The notes beneath the pieces are model-generated. The model saw nothing but the letters and a program-made list of their open reading frames with translations. It did no database searches and was not told where the DNA came from. From the NCBI GenBank assembly GCA_016178595.1, contig JACOSY010000016.1, forward strand, positions 38,151-102,150: a stretch of 64,000 nucleotides of DNA, in the 5' to 3' direction. The stretch is from Ignavibacteria bacterium (GTDB lineage Bacteria > Bacteroidota > Ignavibacteria > UBA10030 > SZUA-254). Positions 36,116 to 45,894 of the stretch are shown here, in pieces. A program made the position numbers and the translations under genes. Positions within the stretch are counted from its first letter, which is position 1. Each line of letters starts with the position of its first letter.

Positions 36116-38224
36116 ATGCCACTCATGACCAAAATCCGCGAGAGCCTTTCCACGTTTTTTTCTATTTTTGCCGGGGTTTTCGTGGTGTATATCGTTCTCG
36201 ACTGGGGAATGGACATTACCGGTCGTAAGCATCGTTCACTCACGTCGGAATCCCAACAAATCGGAAAAATCAATGGCGAAGTGGTAAACTACCGGGAGTT
36301 CGAAGACCTCGTTCGCCAAGCCGTCGAGAATCAGAAGAATCAAACCGGAACGGATCCCGATGAAAACCAGTTGAGCATCATCCGGGATCAAGTCTGGAAC
36401 CAATATGTCCAGGAGAAACTCTACGCGGAGGAAGCTAAGAAGCTGAATGTAAGCGTTACCGATCAGGAGATTGTCGACTGGGTGCGTGGTGATGCGCCGC
36501 CAGATTTTCTGCGTCAACAGTTTATCGATTCGACCGGCACATTTAACCGAGCTCGTTACGAAGCAACAATTCTTGATCCTCGAAACAAAAAAATCATGGT
36601 AACGGTGGAAGATTTCCTTCGCAAGCAGCGTCTACAGGAAAAACTGCAGAGTATTATCTACGCGAGCGTTCGGGTATCGGAAGAAGAAATGCTCCTACGT
36701 TTCAAGGACCAGAATATCAACTACGAAGCAGACTATATCCTCATCGATCCCAACATCCTTGTGCCCGATACTCTTATCAAGGTAGCTGATGACGATTTAC
36801 GGCGATACTATAACGACCATGCAGAGGAATTCAAGGTTGAAGCAACGCGAAAGCTGAAATATGTTCTCTTCAAAGAAGAGCCCTCGAAAAGCGATACAGA
36901 CGACGTAGCAAAAGAATTCCAGGATATCAAGAGCCGTGCACAGGCTGGCGCCGATTTTAGAGATCTCGCCAAGACATACAGCGAAGTACCGCCCGATACC
37001 ACTGGCAGATATTACAAACACGGCGAGTTGAGTCCCGCCAGGGAGAAGGCCGTCTTCAACGCATCAGCCGGTGAGATGCTTGGGCCGATTCTTGAATCCG
37101 ATGGCTATCACTTGACGAAAGTCGAAGACTTCCGACCAGGAACAGACGAATACCTCCACGCCAGCCATATCCTTATCCGCATCGATAACAATGACAGCGT
37201 CGCTGCGCTCCGGAAGGCGAAAGACGTTACCGCACGTGCACGGGGCGGTGAAGACTTTGCATCGCTCGCACGTCAGTTCTCAACCGACGGCAGCGCATCG
37301 AACGGTGGCGACCTCGGGTGGTTTGGAAAAGGAAAAATGGTAAAGCCATTTGAGGAGGCAGCGTTCAAGGCGAAGCCGGGTCAGATTGTCGGTCCGGTGC
37401 ACACGCAGTTCGGATATCATGTTATTAAGGTTCTCGCAAAAGATAACCGCGAGGTAAAAGCAACCGATATCAAGATGTCTATCCGCATTGGGCCGCAGAC
37501 AAAGAGCGACATTTCCCAGCGTGCAAAAGATTTCGCTTACCTGGCAAAGGAAGATGACTTCGCACGTGAAGCCGAACAGAGCAAGTACAATGTGCAGGAA
37601 ACACAGCCGTTCCAGAAGAATGTACTTATCCCCGGAATTGGGATGAACAATGCCGTCAACAAATTTGCCTTCAACAACAAGGTCGGAACCGTCGGTGATG
37701 CAATTTCGTTGCAGAACGGGTACGGCGTCTTTATCGTCTCGGAAAGGAAGGATGCAGGGATCCGGCCCTTTGATGAGCTGAAAGCGTCGATTGAAACCCG
37801 TGTAAAGCATGATGTGAAAATGGAAAAAGCAAAGGTTATAGCTGCCGAGCTTCGACAATCACTTTCCCCAACCGACTCGCTGCAGAAAATCTCAGCCCAG
37901 CGTCAGAATCTTCCGGTTCAGCATCTTGCACCCTTCACACTGTCTCGATTCATTCCTGGTATCGGGCAAGATCTCAGCTTTATCGGTGCAATTTCCTCTT
38001 TGAAAGTAGGCGAAATATCGAAACCGATCGAGGGACAACGCGGCGTGTACCTGGTAAAGCTTACAAGCAAGGCACCCTTCGATTCAACAGGCTATGCCGC
38101 GCAGAAGGATGTGCTGCGAGGACAACTCTTAAGTGAGAAGCGCAGCAAGTATTTCAGTGAATGGTCGGATCAGTTGAAGAAGGCGGCTGAGATTGTCGAC
38201 AACCGCGATTTATTCTACCGATAA
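36116..38224 (+). CDS. ppiD: Periplasmic chaperone / peptidyl-prolyl isomerase PpiD-like (two parvulin domains)
   Basis: An N-terminal TM anchor is present. There are two PpiC-type rotamase blocks (HILI..., GDLGWFGKG...FGYHVIKV). The start is taken at MPLMTK. Confidence 0.7.
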   Translation: MPLMTKIRESLSTFFSIFAGVFVVYIVLDWGMDITGRKHRSLTSESQQIGKINGEVVNYREFEDLVRQAVENQKNQTGTDPDENQLSIIRDQVWNQYVQEKLYAEEAKKLNVSVTDQEIVDWVRGDAPPDFLRQQFIDSTGTFNRARYEATILDPRNKKIMVTVEDFLRKQRLQEKLQSIIYASVRVSEEEMLLRFKDQNINYEADYILIDPNILVPDTLIKVADDDLRRYYNDHAEEFKVEATRKLKYVLFKEEPSKSDTDDVAKEFQDIKSRAQAGADFRDLAKTYSEVPPDTTGRYYKHGELSPAREKAVFNASAGEMLGPILESDGYHLTKVEDFRPGTDEYLHASHILIRIDNNDSVAALRKAKDVTARARGGEDFASLARQFSTDGSASNGGDLGWFGKGKMVKPFEEAAFKAKPGQIVGPVHTQFGYHVIKVLAKDNREVKATDIKMSIRIGPQTKSDISQRAKDFAYLAKEDDFAREAEQSKYNVQETQPFQKNVLIPGIGMNNAVNKFAFNNKVGTVGDAISLQNGYGVFIVSERKDAGIRPFDELKASIETRVKHDVKMEKAKVIAAELRQSLSPTDSLQKISAQRQNLPVQHLAPFTLSRFIPGIGQDLSFIGAISSLKVGEISKPIEGQRGVYLVKLTSKAPFDSTGYAAQKDVLRGQLLSEKRSKYFSEWSDQLKKAAEIVDNRDLFYR

Positions 38225-38263
38225 AATTCTCGTTCCGAGGACATCGAATCGAGGCGTTTTTTT

Positions 38264-38971
38264 GTGTTGCGGTTCTGGTGCTATATATGGATACTCTGTA
38301 TCATTAGTTCAAAAGAACTTCGGGCACAAGATCGTCCCTACGCGGTCGCCTTTTTCGGATCGATCAACACCTCCTCGAAGCTCTTTTATAATCCAAACGA
38401 TCAAGACGAGTTCATCCGCAATCAATTCCTCCCGCTCGATAATGCCTTCAGCGAAGGTGTTGACGTGCGTCGCACGATTGAGCCGCTGCGCATTTCTGTC
38501 GGTTTCAGTATAGAATACCTTTCGAAGACTCAATCATTCATTCATCCACTCTCCCAGTCGACGCTCGTCCCTGTGAAGGATGGCTTCGTTGTTTATCCGA
38601 TCGAGTTCTCGGCATATTTCCCCATTCCTATTGGCGGCGACCTCTTCCAGCTATACATGGGCGGTGGCGCGGGTGCATATCTCGGTGCACGACGATACGA
38701 GTATGCGGGCATTCAAGCATCGGCAGTCGACCGCAAGACCGGCTACGGCATTCATATCGTAAGCGGTCTGCAGTACTTCCTGCGCCCATCATTCTCGCTC
38801 CGGAGTGAGCTGAAGTTCAGGAACGTTCAGTTTGAGACCATCAATCAGTTTTCACAATCCACTGCCGTTTCCTCTTCCGGCACTATCATCCCTCTCGATC
38901 AAGAGCCGTTCGCATCGCGAGTGAACATCGATGGGATGACCGTCTCGCTTCAGCTCGTTTATCATTTTTAG
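38264..38971 (+). CDS. Putative outer-membrane beta-barrel protein
   Basis: A signal peptide is present. The sequence has alternating hydrophobic residues and a C-terminal aromatic (…VYHF). Confidence 0.4.
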   Translation: MLRFWCYIWILCIISSKELRAQDRPYAVAFFGSINTSSKLFYNPNDQDEFIRNQFLPLDNAFSEGVDVRRTIEPLRISVGFSIEYLSKTQSFIHPLSQSTLVPVKDGFVVYPIEFSAYFPIPIGGDLFQLYMGGGAGAYLGARRYEYAGIQASAVDRKTGYGIHIVSGLQYFLRPSFSLRSELKFRNVQFETINQFSQSTAVSSSGTIIPLDQEPFASRVNIDGMTVSLQLVYHF

Positions 38972-38975
38972 CCGA

Positions 38976-39533
38976 ATGGCTGCGCACAACAAGAAACTCA
39001 TTTACCTCACGGGCTTCATGGGGAGCGGCAAGAGTACGATCGCTCCGATACTCGCCAACACTCTCGGGTACTTTTTTGTAGATATTGACGACGAGATCCA
39101 GAAAGCCACGGGAAAAAGAATCACCGACCTCTTCTCAGAGCTTGGTGAAAGCCGCTTTCGAGAAATCGAGCACCAGTTGCTGAGCAAAGCAAGTCAATCG
39201 GATGCATGCGTCGTCTCGCTTGGCGGAGGAACAATCGCGGATCAATCGAATCTCTTACTCGTGAAATCATCCGGCATCCTTGTTTATCTCAAGACAGGCG
39301 TCGATCATATCCTGCATCGATTGCGAAATAAGACGGACCGTCCCCTTCTGAAATCACTCAATGGGGAAAAGATGAATGAAGATGAATTACGCCGCCGCAT
39401 TGTCGCCCTCCTTGCCATCCGCGAGCCATATTACAACCAGGCAGATATTACAATCCCAACGGATGAACGCACCATCGGTCGTACGGTTGACGAGATCGTT
39501 CGCTTGATTCGATCTGTTTCGAATGCGAAGTGA
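38976..39533 (+). CDS. aroK: Shikimate kinase
   Basis: Walker A GFMGSGKST is present, and the 185-aa length matches AroK. Confidence 0.85.
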   Translation: MAAHNKKLIYLTGFMGSGKSTIAPILANTLGYFFVDIDDEIQKATGKRITDLFSELGESRFREIEHQLLSKASQSDACVVSLGGGTIADQSNLLLVKSSGILVYLKTGVDHILHRLRNKTDRPLLKSLNGEKMNEDELRRRIVALLAIREPYYNQADITIPTDERTIGRTVDEIVRLIRSVSNAK

Positions 39534-40624
39534 CTCCACCAACGATGCGCACTTTTTCCGTTGAGCTTGACGAACGACGTTACCCTATTTACCTTGGGCA
39601 TGGCATTCTCTCCATGTTCGCGGATGTGTACCGATCGCACGGGCTTTCGGACACAGTCGCAATCGTCTCAGACCAATCTGTTGCAAAACTCTATCTCCGG
39701 CACTTCTCAAATCTTCTCACACATCACGGACTCTCAGTTCACCATGTTTTGATGCCCCCTGGTGAGCGACAGAAATCGATTGTGCGAACGAATGCAATCA
39801 TCACAAAATTTATTGAAGAGGGGCTTACGCGCTCGTCAACTGTCATCGCACTCGGAGGCGGTGTCGTCGGAGATGTTGCAGGGTTCGCAGCAGCGATTTA
39901 CCGTCGAGGCATCCCGATCGTTCACGTACCAACGACACTCCTCGCACAAGTGGAAAGTGCAATTGGCGGAAAAGTGGGAGTCAATCATCCGGAAAGCAAA
40001 AATGCTTTTGGCGTTTTTCATCAGCCCGCTTTCGTTTTCTCAGACGTTGAACTCTTGAGAACACTTCCAGATCGGGAAATCACGTGCGGCCTGGGTGAGA
40101 TGCTGAAGTATGCCTTGTTCGACGAGCAGCTGTTTTCATTCTTCGAGACTCATCTTGATGCTGTCCAATCGCGAGACATCGATATGATCGAAGAAAGCAT
40201 CTATCACTGCAATGCCGTGAAGGTCCAATTAGTCGCAGAGGACGAGCGCGAGCTGAAACCTGATGGCGGGCGGGTGATCTTGAATCTTGGGCATACGATC
40301 GGGCATGCATTGGAAACATGCTCACACTATGAGCTTCACCATGGTGAGGCGGTGCTTGTCGGTCTCCGATGGGAACTTGCACTTGCATTGAAAATAGGTC
40401 TCCTCGGTCGCGAGGACTTTCAACGGATCAATGAGTTGTTCGATCGTGTAAACTATCGGCCTTCCCTCGAGACTATCACGGTCGAATCGATCATGCATGC
40501 AATGTACCATCGTAGCACGCGAGTACGTTTCATACTTCCAAAAACAATCGGTGATATTATTGCCGTTCATACCATACTCCCTGAAGAGGTACGTGCCGTT
40601 CTCGGGGATCAAAAATCGCGATGA
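39530..40624 (+). CDS. aroB: 3-Dehydroquinate synthase
   Basis: GGGVVGDVAGFAAA and the HG/H metal-site motifs are present. The GTG start overlaps the aroK stop, and the first ATG is at 39545. Confidence 0.85.
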   Translation: MTPPTMRTFSVELDERRYPIYLGHGILSMFADVYRSHGLSDTVAIVSDQSVAKLYLRHFSNLLTHHGLSVHHVLMPPGERQKSIVRTNAIITKFIEEGLTRSSTVIALGGGVVGDVAGFAAAIYRRGIPIVHVPTTLLAQVESAIGGKVGVNHPESKNAFGVFHQPAFVFSDVELLRTLPDREITCGLGEMLKYALFDEQLFSFFETHLDAVQSRDIDMIEESIYHCNAVKVQLVAEDERELKPDGGRVILNLGHTIGHALETCSHYELHHGEAVLVGLRWELALALKIGLLGREDFQRINELFDRVNYRPSLETITVESIMHAMYHRSTRVRFILPKTIGDIIAVHTILPEEVRAVLGDQKSR

Positions 40625-40777
40625 GCGGATAATCTGTCCACCGTGTACCGAGGAATGTTACTGAGTCCGTTGGTGAACTCGCAGTCGAAGCGGATCTGAT
40701 AAAGAAGAGAGAAAATAGGCGGTTTTGCCGGGCGCCATCGATCTGCGCTCAAATTTTTTCGCCGTGCACGCGATGAG

Positions 40778-41377
40778 TTAAACGATCCCGCGCAGGCGCT
40801 CGATCTCCTGAGCAAGCGCTGTTTGTCCGGCAACAGTTCCGACATCGGTATTGAACACGCTGTTGAGCTTCTGTACTTCAGTCAAACTCGCCGCATAGTC
40901 CGCAATTGCAAAATAATTCTCTGCGAGAAGAAGATGAAGATCCGAAGCACTGACTGTTAGATCACGGCTGAATGACCAGCTTGGACGTGATGCAACAACC
41001 TGGCTCGCGTATGATATCGACTGCGCGTAATTCCTCTGGGCGTTGTACACGATTGAAAGCCCCGCTTTGATTTCGAGATTCGCCGTGTCCTTCCCAAGTC
41101 CCGTAGTGAACTTGCTCACCGCATTCGCAAGCTGATTCAGTTTAGCGGATGCCCATCCGGCGCCATTGTACGCATCGACAAGATTGCCATCCATGCTGAG
41201 AGCCTGATTAAATTTGTCAATCGCTCCTTGATAATTCCCGGTGGTATAGTCCTGCCATCCTTTTGCAATGAGATCTTGTGGGTTTGGCGGGGCTTCATCA
41301 TTCTTGCACGAGAAGAAGACAAGAGTAGACAAAAGCATCAGAAACAATATCACTGTCCGGGTCATAGGCATTTTCAT
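40778..41377 (-). CDS. TPR-repeat lipoprotein
   Basis: A signal/lipobox (FFSC) and TPR helices are present. The start overlaps the stop of the upstream giant gene (ATGA). Confidence 0.55.
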   Translation of the reverse strand: MKMPMTRTVILFLMLLSTLVFFSCKNDEAPPNPQDLIAKGWQDYTTGNYQGAIDKFNQALSMDGNLVDAYNGAGWASAKLNQLANAVSKFTTGLGKDTANLEIKAGLSIVYNAQRNYAQSISYASQVVASRPSWSFSRDLTVSASDLHLLLAENYFAIADYAASLTEVQKLNSVFNTDVGTVAGQTALAQEIERLRGIV

Positions 41378-44300
41378 CTCACAATAAGCATTTTTTTCGC
41401 TGCAATGTATTGTACTCCAGGTTCTCCCTTCGCAATCAATCGGTAGAAGTATACGCCGCTGGCAACCGCAGCACCGTTTTGATCTTTACTATCCCACGAG
41501 ACGCTGTGCTCTCCAATATCCTGTATTTCATCCACGAGCGTTTTAACAAGCTGACCGGTGATACTGTAGATCGCCAGCATGATTCGGCCCTGGTCGCGCA
41601 CATCGTACCTGATCGAGGTCGATGGATTGAAAGGATTCGGATAATTTTGTCCCAGTGTGAACGATGCCGGAGCGAGCTGTGAATGGATATCCTCACGATA
41701 GGCAAGGGCGAACGTTCCGAGTGACGGTGTTCGTGTTGTGACGGTCTGGCTGATATTATCGATGCGGCTCTTAACCACTTCCCACGATGATCCATTCCAT
41801 CGAACGATCGACAAATGTTCCTCGCTTCCAGGCTCTACATCCGAACTCTTAAAGTGGAATGCGATCGTCAGCTCTCGTGCAAATTCCCGTTCCGGACCGA
41901 AGGTATAGGCCTGACTGATGAGCCTGAGGTTTCCATCATTCTTACCATCCGGGATAATCGTAACATAAAGGTCTTCCGAAACAGCTTCTGCGTCGAGATC
42001 GACCGATGTAATACCATCGTTACTTCTCACTGTTTGCGGGATTCCTTGTTTCAGGAATTGTACCTGGAAGGAACGCTGGGTGAACATTGGACTTCCACCA
42101 ACATCGTCGACCGTGAAGGTGAGAGTGGCTGAACCGCTTGCCGTAAACTCATAACTTCCTTTATAAACTTGCGGGGATGACAACACCATCGGGAGAGAAT
42201 CGTTGACACTATTGCCAATCCGGATTCGGGCGGACGGCAGGGTTGACGAGATGGCCGTATCGGAAATCAGATATACATCGACGTAGCGCGTGAGGACTGG
42301 ATTCTGATGGATTGAAACCTGCAGGTGCGACGAGAGCGCGCTGCTGATGGGTGCCGTTGTCTTGAACATCCCGCGTCCGTGCGTCGAGGCAAAAAGGTAC
42401 CCATCGGCGCGGAGGTCGAGATCGATGACACAGACATTGGCAAGGCCGCCATTTTGCTGCGCCCAGCTTGTACCTCCATCAAACGATTCAAAAATACCGA
42501 TGTCGGTTCCGATGATCAAATGGCTCGTGTTGAGTGGATCGATCACCATCGTATTGACGGGAATATCAGGCAAATTCGAACTGACATCTGCCCACGACCC
42601 GCCGCGGTTTGTTGTGCGGAAGACATGCCCGGTTGCGTAACCGGAGTAACAGACGAACGCACGACTCGGGTTTGCCGGATCGACTGCTGTTGCTCGTACG
42701 TACCGATTGGGAAGCGTCCCGCTCGTAATGTTCGTCCACGATCCGCCGGTATTTGTTGTCACCCACACTCTCGATGAAGTTGGTCCGAATGCGCTCCCGA
42801 AAGCGCTGTTAGCATATCCTGTTCCAACGTAGATTGTTGATGACGCTGATTTGGCAATGGACATGGAGGTCACAACTGAGCCATCGGAACCCTGGCTTCC
42901 GGATCCATCTCCCGTCAGATCACTGCTGATCGCTGTCCACGAAGCTCCACCGTTGGTAGTACGATAGACTCGATACGTTCCAGCAAGAAGCACCTGTGAA
43001 TTGGATGGATCCATCGCAAGAGGTGCGATGAAATCACACCGATCTGATGTACCGTCCGAGGTCCCTGTGCCCAGTTGTGGAATTCCATTCATCACTTTTA
43101 TCCACGAGCCTTGCGCACCTGCATTCGTCGATTTAAGGATCGTCAGGAAGACGTACTCCGAGTACACGGTTGACGGCGTCGTGAAGTCGACAAGAGTCAC
43201 CCCTCCATCGCCGGTAAATGGCACAGTCCACGCAGGTACAGTTGTGCTCTTCATGATGCCGATATCTTGCGATCCACCGTAGTATACTTCATCGGTTGGG
43301 TGAACGGCGCCGCTATAGAATTGCGTGATAGCCAGATTGTTGTTGATGTTAGTAACCGTATTCCCACCGTCAGTCGTCGTGTACATCCCGCCATCATTTC
43401 CGAAGTACATGATGGATGGATTGGTTGGGTGAAATGCCATTGCGTGCTGATCCACGTGCATGAAGGGTCGGGACGAGCCCGTGTAGCCAAAAGTCATCAT
43501 CGACCATGACGCGCCGCCATCAGTCGACCTGAAGGTGTTGATGCCTCCTGCGTACAGGAGATTGGGGTCCGTTGGATGAACCGCGATGACGTTGTTGTAC
43601 CATCCCTGTATTCCGAGATGCGTGGCGTGAAGCAGCGAATCGTACGGGGCGCGGCTTGCAACAGTGAACCACGATGTACCGCCATTGGTCGTCTTCTGGA
43701 TACTGTGCGTTCCATCGTTTGAATCCGATACCGCGGCATAGAGAATCGACGAATTGCTTCGAGAGATCGTAAGACTGATGCGATGGTATTTTTCAGTCGC
43801 GGAAGGGAACCCATTCGTGAGTTTCGTCCAATTTGTTCCGCTGTTGGTCGTCTTGTACACACCATCAGTCAGCCGGAGACCGAACGAAGCGTAGAGAATG
43901 TTGGAATTCGAAGGATCCATGACCAGGTCGGTACAGCCGATCGACGTGGTCGCGATGGCGAGTTTCGTCCAACTGGTTCCGCTGTTGGTCGTTTTCCAGA
44001 TTCCTCCAATCATGCTTGCGAAGAGCGTTGAAGGATTATCCGGACGAATGGCAAGCTTTGTAATATACAAACCATTTGCCGGTGGAGTTGAAAAATTGTT
44101 CTGGACAGTCCAGGTCACGCCACCATCGGTTGTCTTGAGCACACCGACTCCCCGCAACGCATCAATGTTTTGATATCCCTCACCCGTACCGGCGTAGATC
44201 GTGTTGGTGTCGGTCGGATCCATCACCATACATCCGATGACAAGGCTTGGTGCTATATCCGAGATTGGAAACCAGACAGCGCCGGCATTGGTGCTTTTCC

Positions 44301-44688
44301 ATACTCCGCCACTGACGGATCCACAGTAGACCGTATTGGGATTGCTCGGATTGATGAGAATGGATCGGACGCGACCGCCGAGATTGTTCGGACCGACGGA
44401 GACCCATCCGAGTGCATTTACCGCAGATGATTTCTGAAAGTTATTTCGCTCAACATGCCGAAGCGCCTTTTCTCTCCAATCCTGTGGAATAATGCCGGTC
44501 GGGTAGGCACGCTGGTTATTAAACCAGCGCATCGCGTCCTGGGCATGGGTTGCTTCTGCATCATCCCGTCGAATGGAAACATTGTTACTCGATTCACAAA
44601 GTATTTTTCCGCTCTGCTCATGCAATGCAAAATACCATGAGGTTATAAAGGCCGCAAGGCAGAGAGCTATCCCAAGTGTATTTCTCAT
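41374..44688 (-). CDS. BNR/Asp-box (sortilin/Ycf48-like) repeat protein with T9SS C-terminal sorting domain
   Basis: It has many T(D/N)GG(x)(S/T)W repeats. The C-terminus [16 protein letters not shown]...GVYFYRLIA matches the Por-secretion-tail consensus. Confidence 0.65.
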   Translation of the reverse strand: MRNTLGIALCLAAFITSWYFALHEQSGKILCESSNNVSIRRDDAEATHAQDAMRWFNNQRAYPTGIIPQDWREKALRHVERNNFQKSSAVNALGWVSVGPNNLGGRVRSILINPSNPNTVYCGSVSGGVWKSTNAGAVWFPISDIAPSLVIGCMVMDPTDTNTIYAGTGEGYQNIDALRGVGVLKTTDGGVTWTVQNNFSTPPANGLYITKLAIRPDNPSTLFASMIGGIWKTTNSGTSWTKLAIATTSIGCTDLVMDPSNSNILYASFGLRLTDGVYKTTNSGTNWTKLTNGFPSATEKYHRISLTISRSNSSILYAAVSDSNDGTHSIQKTTNGGTSWFTVASRAPYDSLLHATHLGIQGWYNNVIAVHPTDPNLLYAGGINTFRSTDGGASWSMMTFGYTGSSRPFMHVDQHAMAFHPTNPSIMYFGNDGGMYTTTDGGNTVTNINNNLAITQFYSGAVHPTDEVYYGGSQDIGIMKSTTVPAWTVPFTGDGGVTLVDFTTPSTVYSEYVFLTILKSTNAGAQGSWIKVMNGIPQLGTGTSDGTSDRCDFIAPLAMDPSNSQVLLAGTYRVYRTTNGGASWTAISSDLTGDGSGSQGSDGSVVTSMSIAKSASSTIYVGTGYANSAFGSAFGPTSSRVWVTTNTGGSWTNITSGTLPNRYVRATAVDPANPSRAFVCYSGYATGHVFRTTNRGGSWADVSSNLPDIPVNTMVIDPLNTSHLIIGTDIGIFESFDGGTSWAQQNGGLANVCVIDLDLRADGYLFASTHGRGMFKTTAPISSALSSHLQVSIHQNPVLTRYVDVYLISDTAISSTLPSARIRIGNSVNDSLPMVLSSPQVYKGSYEFTASGSATLTFTVDDVGGSPMFTQRSFQVQFLKQGIPQTVRSNDGITSVDLDAEAVSEDLYVTIIPDGKNDGNLRLISQAYTFGPEREFARELTIAFHFKSSDVEPGSEEHLSIVRWNGSSWEVVKSRIDNISQTVTTRTPSLGTFALAYREDIHSQLAPASFTLGQNYPNPFNPSTSIRYDVRDQGRIMLAIYSITGQLVKTLVDEIQDIGEHSVSWDSKDQNGAAVASGVYFYRLIAKGEPGVQYIAAKKMLIVR

Positions 44689-44719
44689 AATTCTTCCATA
44701 ACGTTGATCAATTCTACTG

Positions 44720-45175
44720 TCAATCCACTTCGATCAAGAGCCACTGCCTTTGTGGATTCAACGCAATCGTTCCAGAGAAAGTATCACCCGGCTGTGCGCG
44801 GCGAAGCGAGAGGAGTCTCTTGTTCCGTGCGTGTGTTGCATCAATGGAGGAGTCGGCAGCACGAATAAACTGGGGCGTGAGCTCAAGCCGTTGATCTGAC
44901 GCGGGAGCTTCCATCCCTTCATTGGATGTTGCGGACTTAAGGTGTACAATGAGACGGTAGCGTACGCTGTCAATAACAACGACGGATTCAACCGATGCAG
45001 TGATGGCAATGAAGTTTGGCTTCATCACGGTGAGTCGGTCGCCTTCCTCCTTCGCCGAGGAGAGCGTTTGTGATCTATCGGTTGAAGTCCCTTTTTGCAC
45101 ATGGTCGGTTGAATAACAACCAATAAAACGCACGGTTAAGAGAAACAGAAAGAGAACCATTGCCGGTAGTTTCAT
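44720..45175 (-). CDS. Hypothetical lipoprotein
   Basis: A signal peptide with GC lipobox is present, and no family was recognised. Confidence 0.3.
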   Translation of the reverse strand: MKLPAMVLFLFLLTVRFIGCYSTDHVQKGTSTDRSQTLSSAKEEGDRLTVMKPNFIAITASVESVVVIDSVRYRLIVHLKSATSNEGMEAPASDQRLELTPQFIRAADSSIDATHARNKRLLSLRRAQPGDTFSGTIALNPQRQWLLIEVD

Positions 45176-45894
45176 ACGATTTGAACCAATATGCGGAGTA
45201 TTCAGGTGAGAATCAAGGAAAATTCGAGTGGAAGAATCACCACGACTATTATTCTCTTTTCAACAAAAAGAGAAGTAGGGACATACGCGGTTGCACCATC
45301 CACAGCAGTGATTGTACCAAATTGTTCGCCGTAAGAATTGTCGTTTTTTCAAAGAAGTTCTTGACACTGATAGCGAGCTTTAGTACATTGTCACGTGTAG
45401 TCGGAGGAGAGGCCGCGGACGATACCGTGCCCGTCGATGCTGAATCAATGTTCTTAATCGACAAGGGGAGTTGGTATGAAATCGGTAAACAGTACGCTCA
45501 GTCTTTTCGGTGAGACAGGCTATCCAAGACCTTTCCCTCGCTTATCATTGCCTATCTGCTTTCGCTTACCAAAGATGTACCCCGGGTTATTTTTTGACTA
45601 CAGAGAAGAATATTTTTCTGTATCGTCTTGTCCGGGCCGGAACAAAGATTCCATCATCATCGTTATAGAATACACTGGAGGTGGAAGGAGGAAAAAAACG
45701 GCACAACCTGACAATTGATCAGCGCAGGAAAACACGACAAGTTGTTGAAGTAAAAAACGTGAGAGGCGGTGAGCTACCACCGCCCCTCGGTGCAAGGGAA
45801 ATGGATATGTCCGTCGCCGACCGGTTCAGAGTAGACGCCATGGCATGTCCGTCCCTGCACCTTTATTGTAGCAATAATCCGAAGCAATTTCAAT

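Noticed and set aside
38225-38265. Possible terminator after the PpiD-like gene (T7 run after CGAGGCG)
   Set aside because: The stem preceding the T-run is weak and imperfect, and I could not support a stable hairpin.
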